A stretch of 64,000 bases of DNA, taken from positions 77,259 to 141,258 of the forward strand of contig CAYMOY010000001.1 of NCBI GenBank assembly GCA_964392435.1, written 5' to 3'. Numbering within the stretch: the stretch's first letter is position 1; each line of letters opens with the position of its first letter. The notes under the pieces were generated by a model. It made no database searches, was not told the DNA's origin, and saw only the letters and a list, made by a program, of their open reading frames with translations. The position numbers and the translations under genes are program-made. Below are positions 56,307 to 64,000 of this stretch, in pieces. The DNA comes from Candidatus Micrarchaeota archaeon. Lineage in GTDB: Archaea; Micrarchaeota; Micrarchaeia; Anstonellales; Anstonellaceae.

Positions 56307-59300
56307 ATGGTTTATATCAGGGGCTTGAAATTCCGCGGTTTCAAGTCATTCCGCCGCGCAGAAGCGAACTTCCCCCAGGGATACGTCTGCCTGGCAGGTC
56401 CGAACGGAAGCGGCAAAAGCAACGTGACAGACGGCATACGCTTCGCACTTGGGGAGGGCAGCCTCAAGGCGCTGCGCGCCAAGAAAGTTTCCGAGCTTAT
56501 CAACACCTCCTCCAGCTTCGGCGAGGTGACCCTTTACATCGATGGCGAGCGGCAGTATGAGATACGCCGGGCGATAAAGGTTGATGGCAAGGATGTCAAG
56601 ACCTTGTACCGGATAAACGGCAAGCGCTCCACGCGCACGCTGGTGATGGAGGAATTGCGCCCCTATGGGCTTGAAAGCGGCAGCCACAACATAATCGCGC
56701 AGGGGCAGGTGCAAAAAATAGTCGAAATGTCCTCCAAGGAGCGAAGGCAGATAATAGACGGAGTTGCTGGCATTTCTGAGTATGATGCGAAAAAAGACGA
56801 GGCGCTAGGCGAGCTTGCCCGCGTGGATGCCAAGATAAACGAGGCAAACGTGGTGCTGGGTGAGAGGCAGGGGCTTCTGACCGAGCTTGAGCGCCAGAAG
56901 GCGGAGGCGCTCTCCTACATGGAGGCCCAGGAGAATTTCCGCCGTTCCAAGGCTTCAATGGTGAACGCGGAATACTCGAAGCTCAACCGACAGCACACTG
57001 ATACTGTCCAGAAATACGCAGCCATAAAATCGGAATCCGACGAGCTTGAGCGCCAGTCCTCGGTGCTATCTTGCCGGCTAGGCGAATTGGCTGCGCAGCA
57101 GAAAACAGTCACCGACAAGATAACCTCAAGCGGCAGCCGCGAGGCCGCCATGCAGGATATATCTTCTCTCAAGGAATCGATAGGTTCGGACAGCGCCACT
57201 CTCTTGGCTCAGAAAAAGGAGATCGAGCGTCTGGAATCGCTGCTGGCTGCGCTTCACTCCCAAGTGGAATCCGCCCGCAAATCGCAAAAGGAAACCTCAT
57301 CTCAAAGCAAGCTGTTATCCGACCAGATCTCGGAGGTATCCTCCAAAATTGCCGAGCTTGAGAAAAAAACCACATCTGGCAACATCCAGCATGAGGAGAT
57401 TGCATCCCGCCTCGAATCGCTCTCCTCGAAAATAGTCTCGCTCAAGGAGCAAAAGGCATCTTCCGAAACATCGCTTCGCAGCGCCGAGAAGATGCTTGAG
57501 ATGAAAAGGCAGGAAAAAGACAGGCTCTCTTCAGCTGTTGGCAAGATTGCCGATGAGAAGCTCTCAGGAGAAGCTTCGATATACAAAAAGGAAATACTGT
57601 CGCTGCAATCAGAGCTGGACGCGCTTTTCGATTCTGAAAAAGAGATAAACCGCTCGCTGCCAGAAGTGGAGAAACGGCTTTTCTCGGCAAAGGACAGGGC
57701 AGCTACGCTTCGCGCCTCCATAGCCCCTTCAGCATCAAGCATGGCGGTGCGCGCAGTTGAGGAAATGAAGCAGAATGGGATGAAGGGGATTTACGGGCAA
57801 GTGGCGTCCCTTCTCACCTGCGACCCGAAGCACTCGATTGCAATTGAGGCTGCTGCGGGGCAGCGCCTCTCATACGTTGTGGTGGACAACACCGCAACCG
57901 CAATGAAGGTAATTGACAAGCTCAAGGAGGGCAGGAGCGGCCGTTGCACCATAATCCCGCTGGACCTTCCGCGCCTTTCATCCAGGGAAAAGCCTGAAAA
58001 AGGGGCCGGCTGCTTAGGCCCCCTCCTGGATTTTGTGGAATATGACGCTGCGTTCCAGCCAGCAATGGACTATGTCTTCTCAGACACCCTGCTTTACGAT
58101 ACGGCGCCAAACGCGCGCAAGGGGGGCTACGGCAGATGCAGGATGGTTACTCTGGAAGGCGAGCTTTTCGAGCGCTCCGGTGTCATCACGGGCGGCTCAA
58201 TGAAAGGCTCTCTCCTCTCAAAATCCGCACTTGACAAGGTGGAATCCGAAGCAGAATCTCTCAAGAAGGAAAAAGACGCGCTTTTTGCCCGGCTGTATTC
58301 CCTCCGCGAGGAGATGAACGCCAAGCGAAGGGAAAAGGCGGAGGCGGAAGTCAAGCTCAAGGGGCTTGAGATAGAGATGAAGACCGCGGAGGAAAAGAGG
58401 TCCAGCCACAAACAGGCTCTCGAGGCCATAGGTGAAATAGAAAAGGAAATCCTGGCAACGGACCTTGAAATGTCCCGCATCAAAAAGTCATCCGAGCTCC
58501 TGCAGTCGCAGCTCCTATCCTCGATTTCTGAGCATGAATCCCTCAAAGGGAGGCTTTCCTCCGAGCAGGAAAAAGCGAAGAAAGCGGATGTTGAGTCAAA
58601 CAAGAAGCTGACTTCTTTGCACTCATTGCGCTCCTCGCTTGACGCGCAGCTGAAGGCCAAAAACGATGAGTTCGAGAGGCTATCGGCGTTTTATTCGGAA
58701 AAGGAAAAGGAGTCGAAAGGCGCGCAGGAGGAGCTTTTCGAGTGCAGAAAGCAGGTTTCAGCCCTGCAAAAGCTCATCTCTGAGAACACCAAACTGCTCC
58801 AGGAAAAGGAAGCCAAACTTTCGGAGTTGAGCGCAAGCAGCAGCAAGCTCATGGCCAAGCTCAAGGAAATAGAGGGGCAGTCTGCAGAGCTTGCGCAGCA
58901 AATGGGCAAACTCAAAGTGGAAATCGACCGCAAGGCTCGCGAGATTATGGAATTGGAAGTGCGCCGCCAGACTGCGGAGACGCGGCTGGTTGACCTTAAG
59001 GCTGCGCTTGAGGAGTATTCCGGGGTTCCGACCATCGATGCAAGCAGGCAGGAACTGGAGGCGCTTGCCAAAAAGAGCGAGGAGACGATGAATTCACTTC
59101 CCACGGTAAATCTCAAGGCGCCTGAACTTTATGATCAGAAGAAAAAGGAAATAGACGACATACGCACCCGCGTGAATTCTCTGGACTCGGAGAAAAAAGC
59201 GGTCTTCCACATGATGGACGAGATAGAGGCGAAAAAGCGCGCAATCTTCATCTCATCATTCACTGCGGTAAACGACAACTTCAAGCGCCTGTTCTCCTAT

Positions 59301-59714
59301 GTTTTCAAAGGCGAGGGCACGCTGCTTTTGGAAAATCCCTCGAGCCCATTCGACTCAGGTCTGCTGGTGAAAGTGCGCGACGAGGGGCACGAGAAATATC
59401 TGGATTCCATGTCTGGCGGGGAAAAATCCCTGCTTGCGCTCATATTCATCTTTTCCATACAGATGCACAAGGCAGCCCCATTCTACATACTTGACGAGGC
59501 TGACGCTGCCTTGGACAAGGAGAATTCCAAGAAGCTGGCCGACCTGATACGCCAGCTTGCCGGGAAAACCCAATTCATAGTGGTCACCCACAACGACACC
59601 ATTCTTTCGAATGCCGATGTCGCGCTCGGGGTCACTCGCACAGAGGACGGCTCAAAAATAGTCGGGGTGCAGCTCACTTCGGCGGCGGTCGTGGCGCGCC
59701 AGAAAAAAGCCTAA
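56307..59714 (+). CDS. smc: Chromosome segregation protein Smc
   Basis: FKSF, GPNGSGKSN, hinge GIYGQV, MSGGEKS, LDEADAALD; start refined. Confidence 0.97.
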   Translation: MVYIRGLKFRGFKSFRRAEANFPQGYVCLAGPNGSGKSNVTDGIRFALGEGSLKALRAKKVSELINTSSSFGEVTLYIDGERQYEIRRAIKVDGKDVKTLYRINGKRSTRTLVMEELRPYGLESGSHNIIAQGQVQKIVEMSSKERRQIIDGVAGISEYDAKKDEALGELARVDAKINEANVVLGERQGLLTELERQKAEALSYMEAQENFRRSKASMVNAEYSKLNRQHTDTVQKYAAIKSESDELERQSSVLSCRLGELAAQQKTVTDKITSSGSREAAMQDISSLKESIGSDSATLLAQKKEIERLESLLAALHSQVESARKSQKETSSQSKLLSDQISEVSSKIAELEKKTTSGNIQHEEIASRLESLSSKIVSLKEQKASSETSLRSAEKMLEMKRQEKDRLSSAVGKIADEKLSGEASIYKKEILSLQSELDALFDSEKEINRSLPEVEKRLFSAKDRAATLRASIAPSASSMAVRAVEEMKQNGMKGIYGQVASLLTCDPKHSIAIEAAAGQRLSYVVVDNTATAMKVIDKLKEGRSGRCTIIPLDLPRLSSREKPEKGAGCLGPLLDFVEYDAAFQPAMDYVFSDTLLYDTAPNARKGGYGRCRMVTLEGELFERSGVITGGSMKGSLLSKSALDKVESEAESLKKEKDALFARLYSLREEMNAKRREKAEAEVKLKGLEIEMKTAEEKRSSHKQALEAIGEIEKEILATDLEMSRIKKSSELLQSQLLSSISEHESLKGRLSSEQEKAKKADVESNKKLTSLHSLRSSLDAQLKAKNDEFERLSAFYSEKEKESKGAQEELFECRKQVSALQKLISENTKLLQEKEAKLSELSASSSKLMAKLKEIEGQSAELAQQMGKLKVEIDRKAREIMELEVRRQTAETRLVDLKAALEEYSGVPTIDASRQELEALAKKSEETMNSLPTVNLKAPELYDQKKKEIDDIRTRVNSLDSEKKAVFHMMDEIEAKKRAIFISSFTAVNDNFKRLFSYVFKGEGTLLLENPSSPFDSGLLVKVRDEGHEKYLDSMSGGEKSLLALIFIFSIQMHKAAPFYILDEADAALDKENSKKLADLIRQLAGKTQFIVVTHNDTILSNADVALGVTRTEDGSKIVGVQLTSAAVVARQKKA

Positions 59715-59749
59715 GCCAATAAATGCTTCTCCTCAAGAATCGGGAAAAA

Positions 59750-60829
59750 TCATTTCGCTGCTGTGACTTCGTATATTGAAAATCCGTCGCTATAAACGCG
59801 CACAGTGCCGTCGCGGTCTGTTCTCCACACCTTAATTCCTCGAAGCGAAAGCCGGGTCAGGGCGGTCTGTGAGGGCAGCCCTGCGCTGTTCTCCCCGACA
59901 GATATAATCGCCTGCTCGGGCGGGTAGTTCTCAATAAGAAGAGAGGGGGTGGGCCTTCCCTCGCCATGCTTGAAATATGATATCACCGGGCACTGCAGGT
60001 CGCCGCCCTTGCCAATAAGCGAGCCCTCGACCTCCTGTACGGTCGGATTAAGGAGCAATGCGCAGAAATTGTTGAATGAGATTTTCACCACTATCGAATC
60101 CACGTCCGGATTTCCCCGCATCCTTGGAGTTTGCGGGTTGAGCACGGATATGTCCATGCCGCTGACCGAAACGCTTTCGCCTGCCTGGGGGTGCTTGACG
60201 ACTATCCCCATCTCCTTCACTTTCGCAAGAAGTTCTGAATACTTTGTTGATGCTGGGGCCAGAGCCACCAGGTTAGGGTTCGACTGCACGTCATTCTCCC
60301 AGAATTCCTCCACAGGATAGGCATCCAGGATGTCTGCAATCCCGTCTATCGCCACTGGCGAGTCCCTCGTGGCTACCAGAACATTGAGGTATGTCATGCC
60401 CCTGTTTTTCAAAAATTCAAGCACCTGAGGCGAGCTTCCCGCGTCAATCAACATGTAAAACTCTCCTTTGTTCACAAGCACGGAATCGGAATGCCCGTCA
60501 TCTATGAAATAAATATTCAGGGGGGCCCCTGGCAGCTCGTTTATCCTGAACTGCCCGTCCGCTATCCTGTCCGACTGGTTGCGGGGGGGTATTCCTGCGA
60601 AGGGGTCTGGCCGCTCAATCGGCTTTATAGTGGTCTTGTTCTGGCGTATCACAGTCTCATTTTTAGCGGCATTGCTATGGTTGGCAGTCGTATTCTGGCC
60701 GAATGCTGTGCCATTTTGTGGCGCAACCTGCGCAGGTTTTTTCGGTTCAGGGGGATTCTGCTCCCATGGCATGGCACAGCCCGCGAAAAGCAGGACGCAA
60801 ATCGCAAGCAATGCCGCAAAGGCCTTCAT
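59750..60829 (-). CDS. Lipoprotein with ComEC-type metallo-beta-lactamase fold, metal ligands lost
   Basis: Lipobox LLFAG^C; LIDAG; DSIVVK; IISVGENSAGLP; WRTDRDGTV; HxHxDH replaced by RDSPVA. Confidence 0.8.
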   Translation of the reverse strand: MKAFAALLAICVLLFAGCAMPWEQNPPEPKKPAQVAPQNGTAFGQNTTANHSNAAKNETVIRQNKTTIKPIERPDPFAGIPPRNQSDRIADGQFRINELPGAPLNIYFIDDGHSDSVLVNKGEFYMLIDAGSSPQVLEFLKNRGMTYLNVLVATRDSPVAIDGIADILDAYPVEEFWENDVQSNPNLVALAPASTKYSELLAKVKEMGIVVKHPQAGESVSVSGMDISVLNPQTPRMRGNPDVDSIVVKISFNNFCALLLNPTVQEVEGSLIGKGGDLQCPVISYFKHGEGRPTPSLLIENYPPEQAIISVGENSAGLPSQTALTRLSLRGIKVWRTDRDGTVRVYSDGFSIYEVTAAK

Positions 60830-60920
60830 TTTCGCGCTTTCGCAAGCCAGGTTTTAATCCCTTGCGGATTGGTTTGGCCCCCACCCTCCCCTGCGCGCCG
60901 CAAGACCTGCGTGCCATTGC

Positions 60921-62279
60921 CTAAAGCACCCCAAAATACCTTTCCTTTTCCCAGGGGGTTACCTGCGTCTTGTAACAATTCCAGTCCTTCTTTTGTATTT
61001 TCAGCAAATATTCGGTGGTGTGGGCGCCCAAAGCCTCTGTGATAACCTTGTCCGCTGCGAATTCCTTGCTGGCTTCGACAAGCGATCCGGGCAGGGTGCC
61101 TATGCCAAGCAGTCTGCGTTTCTCCTCCTCATATCCGTACACCCTTTCCTCAACCGCTTTTGGCGGAACCAATTTGTTCTGTATCCCGTCCAGACCTGCC
61201 GCAAGCATAGCCGCAAAGGCAAGGTAAGGGTTGCAGGAGGGGTCGGGAAAGCGGCATTCTATCCGCGTTCCCTTTTCCTTGCCGGCAAGATTCCTGGGTA
61301 TCCTTATGAGTGCCGAGCGGTTAACCCTGCCCCAGCAAATGTATACTGGCGCCTCGTAGCCAGGCACCAGCCTCTTATACGAGTTCACAGTGGGGTTGGT
61401 GATTGCCGCAAGCGCCCTGGCATGCTCCATTATCCCGGCGATGAAGCTCAAGCCTGTGCTGGAAAGCCAGTATTCGTTGCTGCCATCGTAAAATAGGTTT
61501 TTGTCCCCCTCCCAAAGCGACTGGTGGACGTGCATCCCTGAGCCGTTTATTCCGAAAACCGGCTTGGGCATGAATGACGCGTATAAGCCGTATTTTTTCG
61601 AAAGCGTCTTCACAGTTGTCTTGTATGTGAGCACAGAATCCGCTATGGAAAGCGCGTTTCCATACTTAAAGCCAATCTCGTGCTGGCCTTGGGCGACCTC
61701 GTGGTGGCTGCGCTCTATGGTCATTCCCATCTTCTCAAGAGCAGGGACTATCTCCTGCCTCAGTTCCACCGCCTCGTCGCGCGTGGCCAGGTCGAAGTAG
61801 CCCGCATTGTCATGCACCTGGGCTGCTTCCGGGTCCCCATTCCCGTTCATCCCCTTGAATATGAAAAACTCAAGCTCCGGGCCAACCTTGTAATCAAAGC
61901 CCATTTTCTTGGCACGGGCAAGCTGGCGCTTGAGTATGCTTCTTGGGTCCCCGGCAAAAGGCGTCTTCTCGTCCACATAAACATCGCAAATAAGCCTCGC
62001 AGTCCTGTTGCCAGTCCAGGGCAATGTCGCCCATGTGGACGTGTCAGGCACAAGAAACATGTCCGATTCGGCAATTCTGGCAAATCCTTCGATGGATGAC
62101 CCGTCGAACCAGGTGCCGTCGCTCAGCACGTCCTCAAGCCGCTTTGCCGTTATCTCGCACATCTTGGGTGCGCCTTGTATGTCCACGAATTCCAAGTCGA
62201 CAAACTCTACTCCCTTTTCCTTGGCTTCGGAAAGCAGCCGCCCTATCTCCTCTTTTGGAATATCCCCCAGCATAAACAT
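60921..62279 (-). CDS. glnA: Glutamine synthetase type I
   Basis: FDGSSIEG, GPELEFF, HHEVAQGQHEI, FMPKP, NGSGMHVHQSL, RIECRFPDP. Confidence 0.98.
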   Translation of the reverse strand: MFMLGDIPKEEIGRLLSEAKEKGVEFVDLEFVDIQGAPKMCEITAKRLEDVLSDGTWFDGSSIEGFARIAESDMFLVPDTSTWATLPWTGNRTARLICDVYVDEKTPFAGDPRSILKRQLARAKKMGFDYKVGPELEFFIFKGMNGNGDPEAAQVHDNAGYFDLATRDEAVELRQEIVPALEKMGMTIERSHHEVAQGQHEIGFKYGNALSIADSVLTYKTTVKTLSKKYGLYASFMPKPVFGINGSGMHVHQSLWEGDKNLFYDGSNEYWLSSTGLSFIAGIMEHARALAAITNPTVNSYKRLVPGYEAPVYICWGRVNRSALIRIPRNLAGKEKGTRIECRFPDPSCNPYLAFAAMLAAGLDGIQNKLVPPKAVEERVYGYEEEKRRLLGIGTLPGSLVEASKEFAADKVITEALGAHTTEYLLKIQKKDWNCYKTQVTPWEKERYFGVL

Positions 62280-62307
62280 CCCCCCGTTGGGCTTTGCTAG
62301 AGTTTAG

Positions 62308-62392
62308 GTTATATATATAACAATCGCAGTTTTTTTTGGACATAATAGCAAATAGTTTTTAATCAAATTGTTCAAATGTCTATTTATTATGC
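62308..62392. promoter_or_regulatory. Divergent glnA/lrp promoter region
   Basis: 14-bp palindrome GTTATATATATAAC (62308-62321) and an imperfect inverted repeat GACATAATA...TATTATGCC. Confidence 0.5.
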
Positions 62393-62417
62393 CCCAAGGC
62401 AGCAAAAAGGTGTTCAA

Positions 62418-62864
62418 ATGTTGGACAAGACAGACGCGGCAATACTTTCCGAGCTGAGGCAAAACGCACGCAGCTCATTTCGGAGCATTTCCTCAAGGCT
62501 TTGCATGCATCCCACCACGCTTATCTCCCGTGTTGAAAAGCTGGAGAAGTCCGGTATCATCAGGGGCTACGGGGCGAACCTTGACCTGACATCGCTCGGC
62601 TATGAATTCATGGGGATTGTCCAGATAAAAATAGCCAAGGGCAACCTTCTGGTCGTGCAGGAGAAGATAAGCCGCCTGAAAGGCGTGGTGGCGGTATATG
62701 ACGTGACTGGCGAATACGACAGCGTCGCCATAATCGCCGCAAAGACGCGCGAGGGCTTCTCAAAGCTGATAAAGTCTTTTTCGCACCTGCCCTATGTTGA
62801 GCATACCAACACGCAGGTGGTGCTAAACGTGGTCAAGGCAAGCTGGCAGTTCGAGGCAGTGTGA
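62418..62864 (+). CDS. Lrp/AsnC transcriptional regulator
   Basis: LDKTDAAILSELRQNAR, RVEKLEKSGIIRGY, YDVTGEYD. Confidence 0.94.
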   Translation: MLDKTDAAILSELRQNARSSFRSISSRLCMHPTTLISRVEKLEKSGIIRGYGANLDLTSLGYEFMGIVQIKIAKGNLLVVQEKISRLKGVVAVYDVTGEYDSVAIIAAKTREGFSKLIKSFSHLPYVEHTNTQVVLNVVKASWQFEAV

Positions 62865-62876
62865 TTCTCCTGGCAA

Positions 62877-63449
62877 TCAACGCATTTTCGCCCTGACCAG
62901 TTCGCTTCGAGCCTGCTCGGTCTGCGAACGGGCCACATCCTGCTTCTTTCTGAAGTTGGGCAGAAGCGAGTTGGAGAAGCGGATGGGCTGGAGCTCCTCG
63001 TAAATCGCGCTCATCAGCTCAAAGTAGCGTTCGGCTTCCTTCCTGTTCCCCTTCTTGAGCATCTCCAGCATTTCCCTTCTCAATTCGCCTGCAAAGTCGC
63101 AAAGCCCCAGAAGGTAAGGCTCGAATGGCATCCCCATCTCTTCCCAGCCCGGCAGCGGCTTTTTCTCAACTGCTGCCAAAAGCAGCCTCGCCTCCGCAAT
63201 TTCCTGGTAGGGCTGCGAAAGCAGGTACTCAAACTTCCTTGTCCTGGAAAACGGGGCTATCTTCTTTTCCGCCTGCGAAACCTCCAGCTTCGCCTTCTTC
63301 ACTTCCCCGGCGTGGATGAGCTTTATCCCGTTTGCGCAATGGCGTATGATTTCGCGCACTGAGCCCAGTATGGCATCCTGTTCCTTTTCACGCCCCTCAA
63401 GCTCCTTCACAACAGCTCCAATTTTGGCTGAAAATTTGTCCACTGCCAT
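62877..63449 (-). CDS. Translin/TRAX family protein
   Basis: YQEIAEA, YLLGLCDFAGELRR, FRKKQDVAR; start refined. Confidence 0.85.
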   Translation of the reverse strand: MAVDKFSAKIGAVVKELEGREKEQDAILGSVREIIRHCANGIKLIHAGEVKKAKLEVSQAEKKIAPFSRTRKFEYLLSQPYQEIAEARLLLAAVEKKPLPGWEEMGMPFEPYLLGLCDFAGELRREMLEMLKKGNRKEAERYFELMSAIYEELQPIRFSNSLLPNFRKKQDVARSQTEQARSELVRAKMR

Positions 63450-63518
63450 ATTCTCCCCCCACGGTACGTTGATGATGGGAGAATGAGGGTTTAAAAATCT
63501 GCATAGCAAACTAACCTT

Positions 63519-64000
63519 ATGCAGCCTATTGTGGTTCTCTCTTTAGGGGGTTCGCTGGTAAATCCCGGCGCCCCGGACTCCCAATACGTTTCCTCGCTTT
63601 CCCGCCTGCTGCGTTCCACCAAGTACCGTTTCGGCATAGTGGTGGGCGGGGGGAAGCTGGCGCGAAAATGGGCTGAGGCGGCGCGCAAGAAAGGAGCCTC
63701 AGAATTCGAGGCAGACGAAGCTGCGATTGATGCCACAAAGAAAAACGCGCAGTTCGTGATAGATATCCTGAAGAAAGACGTCAACCGCGTCCCGTGCAAC
63801 ACGTTCGAGTCTGCGCGCGAGCACTCGAAAAAGCACCGCTTTGTTGTGATGGGCGGCACCATTCCAGGAATAACTACTGATAGCGATGCCACGCTTCTGG
63901 CGGAGTGCCTTGGGGCGAAAAGGCTTCTGAACCTGTCCAACATAGACGGTATTTATTCGGACAATCCTGTGCGCAACCACGATGCGAAAAAATTCCAAAA
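63519..64000 (+). CDS. pyrH: UMP kinase (runs off window end)
   Basis: Manual translation MQPIVVLSLGGSL...IVVGGGKLAR...GGTIPGITTDSDA...NIDGIY; absent from ORF track. Confidence 0.93.
   Translation, partial: MQPIVVLSLGGSLVNPGAPDSQYVSSLSRLLRSTKYRFGIVVGGGKLARKWAEAARKKGASEFEADEAAIDATKKNAQFVIDILKKDVNRVPCNTFESAREHSKKHRFVVMGGTIPGITTDSDATLLAECLGAKRLLNLSNIDGIYSDNPVRNHDAKKFQ

Overview
Archaeal core-chromosome segment, about 50-55% GC by eye. It is most consistent with a DPANN lineage such as Micrarchaeota. That is an inference from the DPANN-type pilins, non-canonical tRNA introns, PPAT-YjjX fusion and the exosome/proteasome superoperon. About 68 CDS and 2 intron-containing tRNAs are supported. Contents: cdc48 (partial), EndoQ, cdc6, hisS, trpS, scpA/scpB and a distant smc, rps8e, a type IV pilus operon with a giant repeat-bearing low-complexity gene, the psmA-SBDS-rrp4/41/42-rpl37ae-rpoP-Brix-pcc1-pfdB operon, purA, ADP-forming acyl-CoA synthetase alpha/beta, XPF, glnA with Lrp, translin and pyrH (partial). 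No CRISPR array, transposase, integrase or rRNA was seen. The most unusual signals are: (1) tRNA-Ile(GAU) with an intron at 9/10 plus a 98-nt canonical intron; (2) a synonymously recoded copy of the rps8e 3' end directly behind rps8e; (3) a 755-aa helical-repeat protein ending in a caspase-like His/Cys domain; (4) a ComEC-type beta-lactamase lipoprotein that has lost its metal ligands, possibly part of a split DNA-uptake system with a TM-OB-fold/DUF112 permease pair and the pilus; (5) a highly structured intergenic region with a Shine-Dalgarno in the loop of an 18-bp stem. All family calls come from motif recognition by eye; no database search was run.
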